Program-made: the position numbers and the translations under genes
Notes under the pieces: model-generated
Told to the model about the DNA's origin: nothing
Seen by the model: the letters and a program-made list of their open reading frames with translations, nothing else
The model's database searches: none
In this document: piece after piece, positions 28,137-39,625 of the stretch
How positions within the stretch are numbered: the stretch's first letter is position 1
Layout: the number at the start of each line of letters is the position of its first letter
Assembly: GCA_025363435.1 (NCBI GenBank)
Contig: JANYDY010000031.1
Location: 14,584-78,583 of the forward strand
DNA length: 64,000 nucleotides
Source: Betaproteobacteria bacterium
GTDB taxonomy: Bacteria; Pseudomonadota; Gammaproteobacteria; Burkholderiales; SG8-41
Reading direction: 5' to 3'

Positions 28137-31100
28137 ATGAATCCTTCACGGCTGTTCATCCTGCGTCCGGTGGCGACGTCGCTGCTGATGCTGGCGATCC
28201 TGCTCTCCGGGCTGGTCGCTTATCGTCAGCTCGCGTTGTCGGCGCTACCCGAGGTCGACTACCCGACCATACAAGTAGTGACGTTTTATCCGGGCGCCAG
28301 TCCGGATGTGATGACCTCGTCGATTGCGGCGCCCCTCGAGCGGCAGTTCGGGCAGATGCCGGGGTTGAAGCAGATGTCGTCGACTAACTCCGGCGGCGCA
28401 ACCGTCATCACGCTGCAGTTCAATCTCGAACTGAATCTTGATGTCGCTGAACAGGAGGTGCAGGCCGCGATTAACGCCGCCGCCAATCTTCTGCCGACCG
28501 ATTTGCCGGCGCCGCCGGTGTACAGCAAGGTCAACCCCGCCGACACGCCGATACTGACGCTCGGCGTTACCTCGGCGACGCTGCCGTTACCGCAGGTGCA
28601 GAGCCTGGTCGACACGCGGCTGGCGCAAAAAATTTCACAGGTTACCGGCGTCGGCCTCGTCACGCTCAATGGTGGGCAACGCCCCGCAGTACGCGTGCAG
28701 GTCAATCCAAAAGCGCTTGCCGCCAAGGGCCTTAACCTCGAGGACGTACGGCTCGGTATTGGCACCGCCAACGTTAATCAGGCCAAGGGCAGTTTCGACG
28801 GCCCGCAACGCGCTTACACCATCGATGCGAACGATCAATTGCGCTCGGCCGTCGAATATGGCCGCATCATCATCGCCTACCGCAATGGCGCGCCGATTTA
28901 TCTGTCGGATGTGGCCGACGTTATCGAAGACGCGGAAAACACCCGCCTTGCCGCATGGATGAACGATGTGCCGGCAGTGATCGTCAACGTGCAGCGTCAA
29001 CCCGGCGCCAATGTCATCGAAGTGGTTGATCGCGTCAAACAACTGCTGCCCCAACTGCAGGCGGCGTTGCCCGCAGCGATCGAAATATCGGTGTTGACCG
29101 ACCGCACGGTCACCATCCGCGCCTCGGTCAGGGACGTGCAAATCGAGTTGATGCTGGCGGTGATACTGGTGGTGCTGGTGATTTATGTTTTTCTGCGCAA
29201 TGTGCCGGCGACTTTGATTCCCAGCGTTGCGGTGCCGCTGTCGCTGGTCGGCACCTTCGGCGTCATGTATCTCGCCGGCTTCAGTATCAACAATCTGACG
29301 CTGATGGCCTTGACGATCGCCACCGGCTTTGTGGTTGACGACGCAATTGTCATGATCGAAAACATCTCGCGGTACATCGAGGCCGGCGAAGAACCGCTGG
29401 CGGCGGCACTGAAGGGTGCGCAGCAAATCGGCTTTACCATTATCTCGCTGACTTTTTCGCTGATCGCGGTGCTGATCCCGCTGTTGTTCATGGGCGACGT
29501 CGTTGGCCGCCTGTTCCGCGAATTCGCGATTACGCTAGCAGTGTCGATTTTGATTTCGGCAGTGGTTTCGCTGACGCTGACGCCGATGATGTGCGCGCGT
29601 TTGCTGCGCCACACGCCTGAAGCCGAGCAGGGTCGTTTTTATCGTGCCGCCGGCGCGTGGTTTGACTGGATTATCGAGCGCTATGGCGTGACCTTGCGCT
29701 GGGTGCTCGATCGTCAGCGCATGACGCTGTGGGTCGCGATGGCGACGTTGGGGCTTGCCGTAGTGCTTTATATTTTTGTGCCGAAGGGATTTTTCCCGGT
29801 GCAGGACACCGGCCTGATTCAGGGTATTTCGGAAGCGCCGCAGTCCATTTCATTCGAAGCTATGGCGGCACGCCAGCAGGCCCTTGCGAAAGCCATCCTC
29901 GAGGATCCCGCAGTGGAAAGCCTGTCATCTTTCATCGGCGTAGACGGCACCAATACCACCCTGAACAGCGGTCGCGTGTTAATTACGCTCAAACCGCATG
30001 ATCAACGGCCGTCGTCCGCCGAAATCATCCGCCGCCTGAAAGAACGCCTGGCGCAGCACGAGGGTATTCTGCTCTTCATGCAGCCGGTGCAGGACCTGAC
30101 GATTGAAGATCGTGTCAGCCGCACGCAGTACCAGTTCACGCTCGACAGCGCGAATGCCGAAGAGCTATCGCTGTGGACGCATAAACATGTCGAGCGGTTG
30201 GCGCAATTGCCGCAACTGAACGATGTGGCGAGCGATTTGCAGGATCAGGGTCTGCAGGCTTATATCGAGATTGACCGCGACACCGCGGGCCGGCTGGGCG
30301 TCACGCCGGCGGCGATTGACAACGTGCTCTACAACGCCTTCGGCCAGCGTCTGGTGTCGACCATTTTCACGCAGTCAAATCAATATCGGGTGGTTCTCGA
30401 AGTCAATCCGGAATTCCGCCGCGGGCCGGCGGCACTGCGCGAACTCTATGTGCCGGGTGCGAATGGCACGCAGGTTCCGTTGAGCGCAGTGACGCAACTG
30501 ATCGAGAAGCCGTCGCTGCTGGCGATCAATCACCTCGGGCAGTTTCCGTCATCGACCATTTCATTCAATCTGGCGAAGGGCTATGCGCTGGGCGATGCGG
30601 TCAAGGCGATCGAGGCGGCGCAAAAAGAAATGGTGGTGCCGGTCAGCGTACGCACGCGCTTTCAGGGCGCGGCACAGGCCTTCCGTTCGTCGCTGTCCGA
30701 TACGCTGTTGCTGATTCTTGCCGCGATTATCACCATGTATATTGTGCTGGGCGTGCTCTACGAAAGTTACATACATCCGGTCACCATATTATCGACGTTG
30801 CCTTCTGCGGGTGTCGGCGCATTGCTGGCACTTTTTGTCGCGCAGACCGATCTCAGCATCATCGGCATCATCGGCATTATTCTGCTCATCGGCATCGTCA
30901 AGAAAAACGCCATCATGATGATCGACTTCGCGCTTGACGCCGAGCGTAATGAGGGCAAAACACCGCGTGAAGCGATTTATCAGGCCTGTCTGCTGCGTTT
31001 CCGGCCGATACTGATGACCACCATGTGCGCCTTGCTGGCGGCGCTGCCATTGATGATCGGCGGCGGTGTCGGTTCCGAATTGCGCCGCCCGCTCGGACTG

Positions 31101-31247
31101 ACCATGTTTGGCGGTTTGATTGTCAGCCAGCTGCTGACGCTGTACACAACCCCCGTTATTTATCTGGCCTTTGACAATCTGGCGCGGCGCATGCGCGAGC
31201 GCCGGTCGGCAACACGGGCCAGGACCGCCGCCGACGAATTGCGATGA
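28137..31247 (+). CDS. mdtB: RND multidrug efflux permease, MdtB-like
   Basis: 1036 aa, 12-TM RND architecture with N-terminus [18 protein letters not shown]. Followed by a second RND paralogue, as in mdtBC. Confidence 0.92.
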   Translation: MNPSRLFILRPVATSLLMLAILLSGLVAYRQLALSALPEVDYPTIQVVTFYPGASPDVMTSSIAAPLERQFGQMPGLKQMSSTNSGGATVITLQFNLELNLDVAEQEVQAAINAAANLLPTDLPAPPVYSKVNPADTPILTLGVTSATLPLPQVQSLVDTRLAQKISQVTGVGLVTLNGGQRPAVRVQVNPKALAAKGLNLEDVRLGIGTANVNQAKGSFDGPQRAYTIDANDQLRSAVEYGRIIIAYRNGAPIYLSDVADVIEDAENTRLAAWMNDVPAVIVNVQRQPGANVIEVVDRVKQLLPQLQAALPAAIEISVLTDRTVTIRASVRDVQIELMLAVILVVLVIYVFLRNVPATLIPSVAVPLSLVGTFGVMYLAGFSINNLTLMALTIATGFVVDDAIVMIENISRYIEAGEEPLAAALKGAQQIGFTIISLTFSLIAVLIPLLFMGDVVGRLFREFAITLAVSILISAVVSLTLTPMMCARLLRHTPEAEQGRFYRAAGAWFDWIIERYGVTLRWVLDRQRMTLWVAMATLGLAVVLYIFVPKGFFPVQDTGLIQGISEAPQSISFEAMAARQQALAKAILEDPAVESLSSFIGVDGTNTTLNSGRVLITLKPHDQRPSSAEIIRRLKERLAQHEGILLFMQPVQDLTIEDRVSRTQYQFTLDSANAEELSLWTHKHVERLAQLPQLNDVASDLQDQGLQAYIEIDRDTAGRLGVTPAAIDNVLYNAFGQRLVSTIFTQSNQYRVVLEVNPEFRRGPAALRELYVPGANGTQVPLSAVTQLIEKPSLLAINHLGQFPSSTISFNLAKGYALGDAVKAIEAAQKEMVVPVSVRTRFQGAAQAFRSSLSDTLLLILAAIITMYIVLGVLYESYIHPVTILSTLPSAGVGALLALFVAQTDLSIIGIIGIILLIGIVKKNAIMMIDFALDAERNEGKTPREAIYQACLLRFRPILMTTMCALLAALPLMIGGGVGSELRRPLGLTMFGGLIVSQLLTLYTTPVIYLAFDNLARRMRERRSATRARTAADELR

Positions 31248-34200
31248 ATATTTCGGAACCGTTTGTCCGGCGCCCGGTTGCAACCACGCTGCTGACTATC
31301 GGTCTGGCGTTGGCCGGCGCGCTGGCGTTCCGGTTGCTGCCGGTGGCGCCGCTGCCGCAGGTCGATTACCCGACGATTTCGGTCGGCGTGTCGCTGCCCG
31401 GCGCTAGCCCCGAGACGATGGCGGCGACGGTGGCAACGCCGCTCGAGCGCGCACTTGGCCGCATCGCCGGCGTCACGGAAATCACCTCGAGCAGCACACT
31501 CGGCAATTCGCGGCTGACGCTGCAATTCGATCTTGATCGCGATATCGACGGTGCCGCACGCGACGTGCAGGCGGCGATCAATGCGTCGCGCAGCCAGTTG
31601 CCGACCGGTCTGCCTAACAACCCGACCTATCGCAAAGTCAATCCGGCCGACGCGCCGATCATGATCATCGCGTTGACCTCGGCGCTGCTCGATCGCGGCC
31701 AGATGTACGACGCTGCGTCGACCATCCTGGCGCAAAAATTTTCGCAGGTCAAAGGCATCGGCCAGGTGACGGTCGGCGGCAGTTCATTGCCGGCAGTACG
31801 GGTGAATCTCAATCCGACCGTGTTGAATAAATACGGCATCGGTTTCGACGAGGTGCGTACAGCAATCAGCGCCACCAACGCCAACCGGCCGAAGGGCACG
31901 GTTGAAGATGGCGACCGGCAATGGCAGATCTACGCCAACGATCAGGCCAAACAGGCAAAAGAATATCTGCCGCTGATTGTTGCTTATCGCAACGGCGCGG
32001 CGGTGCGGCTGTCGGACGTCGCCGAGGTCGTCGATTCGGTGCAGGACGTGCGCAATACCGGCATTTCAAACGGCAAGCCCGCGGTGCTGGTGCTGCTCTA
32101 CCGGCAGCCCGGCGCCAACATTATCGAGACTGCCGATCGCATCTATGAAGTGCTGCCGCAGTTGCAAGCGTCGATTCCGCAGGCGATCGATCTCAAGGTG
32201 GTGATGGAGCGCACCACCACCATACGGGCGAGTCTGCGCGATGTCGAGCGTACGCTGCTGATTTCAATCGGCCTGGTGATCCTGGTGGTGTTTCTGTTTC
32301 TGCGTAATTGGCGTGCGACGCTGATTCCGAGTGTGGCCGTGCCGGTGTCGCTGATCGGCACCTTCGGCGCGATGTATCTGTGCGGTTACAGCCTCAACAA
32401 TCTTTCGCTGATGGCATTGACGATTGCCACCGGCTTTGTCGTTGACGACGCCATTGTTGTGCTTGAAAACGTCTCGCGTCATCTGGAAAAGGGTCTCGCG
32501 CCGATTGAGGCGGCGCTCAAAGGGGTGCGTGAGGTCGCGTTCACCGTCGTTTCGATGAGTGTTTCGTTGATTGCAGTATTCATTCCGATCCTGTTGATGG
32601 GCGGCATCGTCGGCCGCCTGTTTCGCGAATTCGCTGTAACCCTGTCGGTGGCGATCCTGATTTCACTCGCCTTGTCGCTGACGACGACGCCGATGATGTG
32701 CGCGCGCCTGCTGCGTGCGCACGAACCCGCCGGCGAAGGCCGCTGGCACAAGGCCTCGGAACGTTTTTTCGCCTGGATGCTGCGCGCCTATCAAATGAGC
32801 CTGGCGTGGGCCCTGCGGCACACGCGTTTCATCATGCTGTTGCTGGCGGCGACCGTCGGTCTCAATGTTTATCTTTACATTGATATACAGAAGGGCTTTT
32901 TCCCGCAGCAGGACACCGGGCGCATCATTGGCAATATTCAGGCCGATCAGGCGATTTCCTTTCAGGCCATGCGCGAAAAACTGGCGGCCTTCGTCGACAT
33001 TATTCAAACTGATCCGGCAATCGAATCGGTGACTGGATTTACCGGCGGCGGCCAGCGTAACAGCGGTTTCATGTTTGTTTCTTTGAAACCGCGCGCCGAG
33101 CGCGGTGTTTCCGCCGACCAGGTGGTGGCGCGGCTGCGCGGCAAACTGGCGCAGGTGCCCGGCGCCAATCTGTTTCTGGTGCCGGTGCAGGATATCCGCG
33201 TCGGCGGGCGCGCCAGCAATGCCGCTTATCAATTCACCCTGCGCGCCGACGAACTCGAACCGCTGCGCACCTGGACGCCGCGCCTGTTGCGCGCGCTGCA
33301 GGATATGCCGGAGCTCGCCGACGTTAATACCGATCAGCAGGTCAAGGGTCTGCAGACCACGCTAACCATTGATCGCGATACGGCTTCGCGCATGGGCATT
33401 ACGCCGCGCATGATAGACACCGCGTTGAATCTCGCGTTCGGCCAAGCGCAGGTTTCGGTGATTTATTCAACGCTCAATCAATATCGCGTGGTGATGGGAG
33501 TAGCGGAAAAATACTGGCAAAGCCCCGCCGCGCTGAACGATATTTATGTGCAGTCGCCGTCGCGCGGCCAGGTGCCGCTGTCGGCATTCGCGCGTTTCGA
33601 AACGACCAATACCTCGCTGGCGGTGAATCACCAGGGCCAGTTTGCGGCGGCCACGATTTCGTTTAATTTGCCGCTGGGCGTGTCGTTGAGCGACGCGGTC
33701 GTGGCGATTAATGCGACGATGGAGCGTATCGGCGTTCCGGCGACCATCTACGGCAGTTTTCAGGGTACGGCGCGGGCGTTTCAGGCCTCGCTCGCCAGCC
33801 AGCCGTGGCTGGTACTGGCGGCGCTGATTACCGTCTATATTGTGCTGGGCATTTTGTACGAAAGTTATATTCACCCGATCACCATTCTCTCGACTCTGCC
33901 GTCGGCGGGTGTCGGCGCGCTGCTGGCGTTGAAACTGTTTCAAACCGAGTTCAGCATCATTGCCCTGATCGGGGTAATTCTGCTGATCGGCATCGTTAAG
34001 AAAAACGCCATCATGATGATAGACTTCGCAATCGCTGCGGAACGCAATACGGGTATGCGACCGGATCAGGCCATACTCGAAGCTTGTTTGTTGCGCTTCC
34101 GGCCGATCATGATGACGACGATGGCCGCCTTGCTGGGCGCGATGCCGCTGGCCTTCGGTTTCGGCGATGGTTCGGAAATGCGCCGTCCGCTCGGTATTGC

Positions 34201-34336
34201 GATCGTCGGCGGGCTGGTCATGAGCCAGTTGCTGACCTTGTATACAACGCCGGTCGTTTATTTGTATCTGGACCGGTTTCGATTGTGGTGCGAGCGCCGC
34301 CGCGGCGCCGGCCGCCTGTTGCTGGAGACAAGATGA
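31244..34336 (+). CDS. mdtC: RND multidrug efflux permease, MdtC-like
   Basis: 1030 aa with N-terminus [17 protein letters not shown]. Its start overlaps the mdtB stop by 4 nt. Confidence 0.92.
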   Translation: MNISEPFVRRPVATTLLTIGLALAGALAFRLLPVAPLPQVDYPTISVGVSLPGASPETMAATVATPLERALGRIAGVTEITSSSTLGNSRLTLQFDLDRDIDGAARDVQAAINASRSQLPTGLPNNPTYRKVNPADAPIMIIALTSALLDRGQMYDAASTILAQKFSQVKGIGQVTVGGSSLPAVRVNLNPTVLNKYGIGFDEVRTAISATNANRPKGTVEDGDRQWQIYANDQAKQAKEYLPLIVAYRNGAAVRLSDVAEVVDSVQDVRNTGISNGKPAVLVLLYRQPGANIIETADRIYEVLPQLQASIPQAIDLKVVMERTTTIRASLRDVERTLLISIGLVILVVFLFLRNWRATLIPSVAVPVSLIGTFGAMYLCGYSLNNLSLMALTIATGFVVDDAIVVLENVSRHLEKGLAPIEAALKGVREVAFTVVSMSVSLIAVFIPILLMGGIVGRLFREFAVTLSVAILISLALSLTTTPMMCARLLRAHEPAGEGRWHKASERFFAWMLRAYQMSLAWALRHTRFIMLLLAATVGLNVYLYIDIQKGFFPQQDTGRIIGNIQADQAISFQAMREKLAAFVDIIQTDPAIESVTGFTGGGQRNSGFMFVSLKPRAERGVSADQVVARLRGKLAQVPGANLFLVPVQDIRVGGRASNAAYQFTLRADELEPLRTWTPRLLRALQDMPELADVNTDQQVKGLQTTLTIDRDTASRMGITPRMIDTALNLAFGQAQVSVIYSTLNQYRVVMGVAEKYWQSPAALNDIYVQSPSRGQVPLSAFARFETTNTSLAVNHQGQFAAATISFNLPLGVSLSDAVVAINATMERIGVPATIYGSFQGTARAFQASLASQPWLVLAALITVYIVLGILYESYIHPITILSTLPSAGVGALLALKLFQTEFSIIALIGVILLIGIVKKNAIMMIDFAIAAERNTGMRPDQAILEACLLRFRPIMMTTMAALLGAMPLAFGFGDGSEMRRPLGIAIVGGLVMSQLLTLYTTPVVYLYLDRFRLWCERRRGAGRLLLETR

Positions 34337-35769
34337 ATTTGCATTCGATATTTCGGGCAGTGCTGGTGTTGACCGCTGCAGGCGCGTTGAGCGCCTGCAT
34401 GGTTGGGCCGCATTACGCCAAACCGCCGGTGACGACGCCGGCCGCCTACAAGGAAACGGGCAACTGGAAAATCGCCAAGCCGGGCGACGCCGTCAATCGC
34501 GGACCGTGGTGGGAAATTTTCGGTGACGCACAGCTCAACACTTTGGCGCAGCAGGTCGACGTTTCCAATCAGAATGTGCGCGTGGCCGAAGCGAAATTGC
34601 GCCAGGCCGAAGCGCTGGTCGAACAATCGCGCGCTGGCTTGTTTCCGACCTTGACAGGTAACACCAGCGCGACGCGCAGCCGCACGCCCAGCGTCTCCGG
34701 TGCATCGACGACGAGCTCGGCGCCGTCGAATGTCTACAATCTTTCACTCAATGCTTCGTGGGCGCCGGATCTGTGGGGCAGTGTACGCAGTACGATAGAC
34801 GCCAATGTTGCCAATGCGCAGGCCAGTGCCGCGACGGTTGCCGGCGTTCGCCTGCTCGCGCAGTCGCAGCTAGCGATCAATTTTTTCCAGTTGCGCGTGC
34901 TCGACAGTCAGCGCCAGCTGCTCGAAACAACCGTTGGCGCCTATCAAAAATCGCTGGAGCTGACGCGTAATCGCTATACCGCCGGCGTTGCCGCGCGCGC
35001 CGAAGTGGTGCTGGCAGAAACGCAGTTGCGCAGCACGCAGGCGCAATTGATCGATGTCGGCGTGCTGCGCGCGCAACTCGAGCATGCGATCGCGATATTG
35101 ATCGGCAAGACGCCGGCCGAGTTCTCGCTTGCAGCGGCGCCGCTGACGGTGGCGATACCCGTAATCCCGGTTGGTTTGCCATCGGAACTGCTGGAACGCC
35201 GCCCCGACATTGCCGCCGCCGAGCGGCAGATGGCCGCCGCCAATGCGCAGATCGGCGTTGCCCAGGCCGCCTACTTTCCGTCGCTGACCTTGACCGGCGT
35301 GGTCGGATTCCGTGCCAACAGCCCGCCCACCTGGCTGACGTCGCCGAGCCGCTTATGGTCGGTCGGCCCGGCGCTCGCCGAAACGCTATTCGACGGCGGC
35401 AGCCGGCGCGCCGTCAAAAAACAGGCCGAAGCGGCCTATGACGCGAACGTCGCAACCTATCGTCAGACTGTGCTCAACGGTTTCAAGGAGGTTGAAGACA
35501 ATCTTTCCGCCTTGCGTATTCTCGAGGAAGAGGCGGTGGCACAGAATGAAGCCGTGAAGTCGGCGCGACTGGCGACGGAATTGACGCTCAACCAGTATAA
35601 AGCCGGTACCGTTACCTATCTAGCCGTTGTCATATTGCAGGCGACGCAGCTGAATAACGAAGCGACTGCGGTGAAACTGCTGGGTCAGCAACTGGTGGCT
35701 GCGGTCACGCTCGTGCAAGCCCTGGGCGGCGGCTGGAACGGTTTGTCCGCAAGCGCTGCATCACGCTAG
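34333..35769 (+). CDS. Outer-membrane efflux lipoprotein (NodT/OprM family OMF)
   Basis: Start placed at ATG 34333 (ATGA overlap with the mdtC stop). The lipobox LSAC lies in [26 protein letters not shown]. Two TolC-like repeats are present. The ORF-track extension from 34084 lies inside mdtC. Confidence 0.9.
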   Translation: MNLHSIFRAVLVLTAAGALSACMVGPHYAKPPVTTPAAYKETGNWKIAKPGDAVNRGPWWEIFGDAQLNTLAQQVDVSNQNVRVAEAKLRQAEALVEQSRAGLFPTLTGNTSATRSRTPSVSGASTTSSAPSNVYNLSLNASWAPDLWGSVRSTIDANVANAQASAATVAGVRLLAQSQLAINFFQLRVLDSQRQLLETTVGAYQKSLELTRNRYTAGVAARAEVVLAETQLRSTQAQLIDVGVLRAQLEHAIAILIGKTPAEFSLAAAPLTVAIPVIPVGLPSELLERRPDIAAAERQMAAANAQIGVAQAAYFPSLTLTGVVGFRANSPPTWLTSPSRLWSVGPALAETLFDGGSRRAVKKQAEAAYDANVATYRQTVLNGFKEVEDNLSALRILEEEAVAQNEAVKSARLATELTLNQYKAGTVTYLAVVILQATQLNNEATAVKLLGQQLVAAVTLVQALGGGWNGLSASAASR

Positions 35770-35779
35770 CGCGCGGCTG

Positions 35780-38359
35780 TTAGGCGGAAGCCGCCTTGCG
35801 CGCGCGCGCCGCTCCTTTGGGCCGTGCCACCTTCGGTTCGCGTGGCGCAAATTCAAAACTTACCTTGCCGTCTTCGCCGCGCGTAAGAAATGCCGAAAAC
35901 GGGCGGCCTTTCTTTGAAATGAAGCGATGCAGAAGATCGGTCTTGCCGACGGTCAGCAGTTTCTGCACCTGCTCTGCCTCGATCGGTCTTTGCAGAATAA
36001 TCTTGCCAGTACGGAAATCGCATTTGCGCGCCGGGCCAACCGATTTTTCGCATACGTAGGCAACGCCATGGCTGTAGACGGCGCCGCCGCATTTCGGGCA
36101 GGCGCCGAGCGTAGTCTCTTTCGAGAAATCCACCGGTTCGTTATTGGCCTCGTTACTTTGTCCGAAATCGAATTCAATCTTGAACTCGGGTGTCAATTTG
36201 ACGACTGCAATAAACGGTTTGCCCATGCGGCTGCGAAAGCCCTGCAAGGGTCCGACCTTCTGTTCCGACAGTAGCGTTTCGACCTCGGCCGGCTCAAGCT
36301 GGCGCCCAGCCATGATTTTCCACATCGCGAAGTCGCACTTCTGGCACTGGAATTTCTTGTAGTTTTCCTTGATCACGCCGCCGCATTTCGGGCACGGTGT
36401 AGTCAGCGTGGAAAAATCGCCGGGCACCGTGTCGCTCTCATGTTCCTTGGCGCGCGCGACAATGTGGCGCGTCATGTCGGCGATTTGCTTCATGAACTCA
36501 TCGCGCTTCAATTTGCCGTGTTCCATTTGCGACAGCTTGTATTCCCAGCTGCCGGTCAATTCGGGCGAACACAGTTCGTCGATCTTGAGTCCGCGCAGCA
36601 GCGTAATCAGCGAAAAAGCCTTGGCCGTCGGCTGCAGTTCGCGGCCGTTGCGGTGCACGTACTTTTCAAAAATCAGGCCTTCGATAATGGCGGCGCGTGT
36701 CGCCGGCGTGCCCAGCCCTTTTTCGCCCATCGCTTCGCGCAGATCCTCGTCTTCAACCAGTTTGCCCGCACCTTCCATCGCCGACAGCAGGGTCGCTTCC
36801 GAATAACGCGCCGGCGGTTTGGTCTGCAGGGCATCGACGGCGACTTCTTTTGCGCGCGGTGATTCTTTTGCCACCACCGGTACCAGACCCGGCGTGTCAT
36901 CGGATTCGGCCTCTTTGCCGTAAATCTCGAGCCAGCCGGCGTTCACCATGACCTTGCCTTCGCTCTTGAACGGTTCGTTCTCGACGCGGGTAATGCGGGT
37001 GGTGATCTGGAATTCCGCCGGCGGGAAAAACACCGCGAGAAAACGTTTTGTCACCAGGTCGTAAATTTTGGCTTCGGCCTCGCTCAAATTTTTCGGCGGC
37101 TGCGAAGTCGGGATGATGGCAAAGTGGTCCGAAATCTTGGCATTGTTGAAAATGCGCTTGTTCGGCTTCACCCATTTGTTTTTGAGGATGCTCTTGACGA
37201 AAGGCTGATAGGTTTTGTCGAGCGATTGCATGGCGTCGGTCACGGCGACGAGATAATCTTCCGGCAGCGCGCGCGCGTCCGTCCGCGGATACGTTAATGC
37301 TTTATGTTTTTCGTAAAGCGCCTGCGCGATCGACAGCGTCGTCTTCGCCGAGAAGCCGAAACGTCCGTTGGCATCGCGTTGCAAACTGGTCAGGTCATAG
37401 AGCAGCGGCGACATCTGGGTCGACGCCTTGCTTTGTTCTTCAACAATGCCGGATTTGCCGTCGCATTTGGCCTGAATCGCATCGGCGCGTGCACGGTCCC
37501 ATAGGCGCTCTGCGCGCAGCCCGCTGTCCTCGTCCGTTTTGTCGCGGCTGAAAGCTTCGTCGAACCAGCGGCCGCTGTATTCGCCAGCCTTGCAGGTGAA
37601 GTTAGCATGCACTTCGAAGTAATCGCGCGAGACGAATTTTTTGATTTTTTCTTCGCGTTCGACAAGGATCGCCAGCGTCGGTGTTTGTACGCGGCCGACG
37701 GTGGTCAAATGAAAGCCGCCGGATTTCGAATTGAAAGCGGTCATCGCACGGGTGCCGTTGATGCCGACCAGCCAGTCGGATTCGGAGCGGCACACCGCGG
37801 CATCGGCAAGCGGTTGCATATCCTTGTCGCTGCGCAAATGCGTGAAGCCGTCGCGGATCGATGTCGGCGTCATCGATTGCAGCCATAAACGCTCAACCGG
37901 TTTGTCGGTTTTGGCGTGGCGCGTGATGTAGCGGAATATCAGTTCGCCTTCGCGGCCGGCGTCGCATGCGTTGATGAGACCCGTCACGTCCTTGCGCTTG
38001 ACGAGTTTGGTCAGCAGCTTGAGACGGTCTTCGGTACGTTCGAGCGGCTGCAGATCAAAATGCGGTGGAATCACCGGCAGGTGCGCGAACGACCATTTGC
38101 CGCGTTTGACTTCGACGCCTTCGGGCGGAATGATGGTGAGCAGATGGCCGACGGCGGAACTCAGCACGAAGTCATCGCTTTCGAAAAAATCGCCCTCGCG
38201 TTTGAATCCGCCGAGCACGCGCGCGATATCCGTCGCCACCGAAGGTTTTTCGGCGATGATCAGTTTTTTGCCGGCTGCGGTAACAACTTTCGCAGTTACC
38301 TTTGCAGCTACTTTTTTAGCGGCTGCAGGTTTCTTTTTTGCTGGTGCTTTCGCTGGCAT
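35780..38359 (-). CDS. topB: Type IA DNA topoisomerase (topoisomerase III-like) with basic tails and C-terminal zinc ribbons
   Basis: Start placed at ATG 38359 (MPAKAPAKKKPAAAKK...). Toprim start LIIAEKPSVATDIARVLGG is TopB-like. The C-terminal region has two CPKCGG...C..C modules. Confidence 0.85.
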   Translation of the reverse strand: MPAKAPAKKKPAAAKKVAAKVTAKVVTAAGKKLIIAEKPSVATDIARVLGGFKREGDFFESDDFVLSSAVGHLLTIIPPEGVEVKRGKWSFAHLPVIPPHFDLQPLERTEDRLKLLTKLVKRKDVTGLINACDAGREGELIFRYITRHAKTDKPVERLWLQSMTPTSIRDGFTHLRSDKDMQPLADAAVCRSESDWLVGINGTRAMTAFNSKSGGFHLTTVGRVQTPTLAILVEREEKIKKFVSRDYFEVHANFTCKAGEYSGRWFDEAFSRDKTDEDSGLRAERLWDRARADAIQAKCDGKSGIVEEQSKASTQMSPLLYDLTSLQRDANGRFGFSAKTTLSIAQALYEKHKALTYPRTDARALPEDYLVAVTDAMQSLDKTYQPFVKSILKNKWVKPNKRIFNNAKISDHFAIIPTSQPPKNLSEAEAKIYDLVTKRFLAVFFPPAEFQITTRITRVENEPFKSEGKVMVNAGWLEIYGKEAESDDTPGLVPVVAKESPRAKEVAVDALQTKPPARYSEATLLSAMEGAGKLVEDEDLREAMGEKGLGTPATRAAIIEGLIFEKYVHRNGRELQPTAKAFSLITLLRGLKIDELCSPELTGSWEYKLSQMEHGKLKRDEFMKQIADMTRHIVARAKEHESDTVPGDFSTLTTPCPKCGGVIKENYKKFQCQKCDFAMWKIMAGRQLEPAEVETLLSEQKVGPLQGFRSRMGKPFIAVVKLTPEFKIEFDFGQSNEANNEPVDFSKETTLGACPKCGGAVYSHGVAYVCEKSVGPARKCDFRTGKIILQRPIEAEQVQKLLTVGKTDLLHRFISKKGRPFSAFLTRGEDGKVSFEFAPREPKVARPKGAARARKAASA

Positions 38360-38492
38360 TATTGTCTTGTGACAAAAGTCACGACGGTTGGCGGGGTCAA
38401 GAGAGCGGCAGATGATAAGAACAAATTTCTGCCAAAGCAAGCGGCGTAATCGTAACCGCTGCAGAATCCACCATTAGTATTAGAACAACCGA

Positions 38493-39575
38493 TCAGCGAA
38501 TGCGCTGATATTTGTTACCGGGCAATTTCTCGATTAGACCTGTCAATTCAAGCTCAAGCAGCAAGGCGGCAACCGTATCGGCCGGCTCGCCGGCGCGTGC
38601 CGCGAGCGCGTCAAAACCGCATGGATCGTGACCCAGCACTTCAAGCAGGCGCGCGGCCATCGAATCCGCCGCAGGTACGGCATTCACGACAACGCCGGCG
38701 CGCGCGAAATCGAACTCCTCAAGAATATCGTTTACATCGTCGACAAGTTTTGCGCCCTGCTTGATCAGGCGGTGGCAGCCTTTGGCCAGCGGCGAATGTA
38801 TCGAACCGGGCAGCGCAAATACTTCGCGCCCCTGTTCATTGGCGAGGCGCGCTGTGATCAATGAACCGCTTAGCAGCGCGGCTTCAATCACCAGGCAGCC
38901 GTGACTGATGCCGCTGATGACGCGGTTGCGCCGCGGAAAATTGCCGGCGAGAGCTGGCGTGCCAAGCGGGAATTCGGAAATCAGTGCGCCGCGTTCAGCA
39001 AGTGCGTGCGCGAGCGCACGATTGCGCGCCGGGTAAACCACATCGAGACCGGTACCAACCACGGCAATACTGGATGCTTTGCCGGCGATACCGCCGCGGT
39101 GAGCCGCCGCATCGACCCCAAGTGCCAGCCCGCTCACGACGGTGATGCCGGCGTCACTCAGCGCGCGCGCGAAATCCTCCGCATTCGTCACGCCTTGAGC
39201 GCTGGCGTTGCGGCTGCCGACGATGGCGAGGGCAAAATGATTGAGCAGCGCGCAATCACCCTTGACGTAGAGCAGCGGCGGCGGATCCGGTATCTGCAAC
39301 AGCAGCTGCGGATAATCCGCATCGCCGAGTACGACAATGTGGTTAGCCGGGTCGGCCAGCCAGGCGAGCGTGGTGCTGGCGGCGGCTTCATTGCCGCCAG
39401 CGGCGATTGCGGACGCGATTGCCGCTGGCACGTGGCGGCGCAGTTCGATGATCCCCGCATCGAGAACCTGCTGCGGCGAACCGAAGGTAGTGAGCAGCTG
39501 GCGAACAGCTGCGCCGCCTAGCCCTTCGACCAGCGTCAGGCGCAGCCAAGCTTCGTGTGCATCAGCGCCGGCCAC
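38493..39575 (-). CDS. dprA: DNA processing protein DprA (Smf)
   Basis: 360 aa. Conserved core ...VVSGLALGVDAAAHRG...VVGTGLDVVYP...FPLGT...FPRRNRVISG. Confidence 0.93.
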   Translation of the reverse strand: MAGADAHEAWLRLTLVEGLGGAAVRQLLTTFGSPQQVLDAGIIELRRHVPAAIASAIAAGGNEAAASTTLAWLADPANHIVVLGDADYPQLLLQIPDPPPLLYVKGDCALLNHFALAIVGSRNASAQGVTNAEDFARALSDAGITVVSGLALGVDAAAHRGGIAGKASSIAVVGTGLDVVYPARNRALAHALAERGALISEFPLGTPALAGNFPRRNRVISGISHGCLVIEAALLSGSLITARLANEQGREVFALPGSIHSPLAKGCHRLIKQGAKLVDDVNDILEEFDFARAGVVVNAVPAADSMAARLLEVLGHDPCGFDALAARAGEPADTVAALLLELELTGLIEKLPGNKYQRIR

Positions 39576-39625
39576 AAGCAGCTTTCGTTATTGCTGGCGC
39601 AGCGGCTACCCGCTGCAGCGGCAGC

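Noticed and set aside
34084-34332. 83-codon N-terminal extension of the OMF ORF in the six-frame track.
   Set aside because: It lies wholly inside mdtC in another frame. The internal ATG at 34333 gives a canonical lipoprotein signal peptide and an ATGA overlap with the mdtC stop.
39599-39616. Hairpin GCAGCGG-CTAC-CCGCTGC between the LysM gene and dprA, and a similar ATCAGCG-AATG-CGCTGAT hairpin at 38492-38509 over the dprA stop.
   Set aside because: Neither has a convincing U-tract on the transcribed (minus) strand. Both stems are short. They may be weak attenuators, but I cannot support a terminator call.
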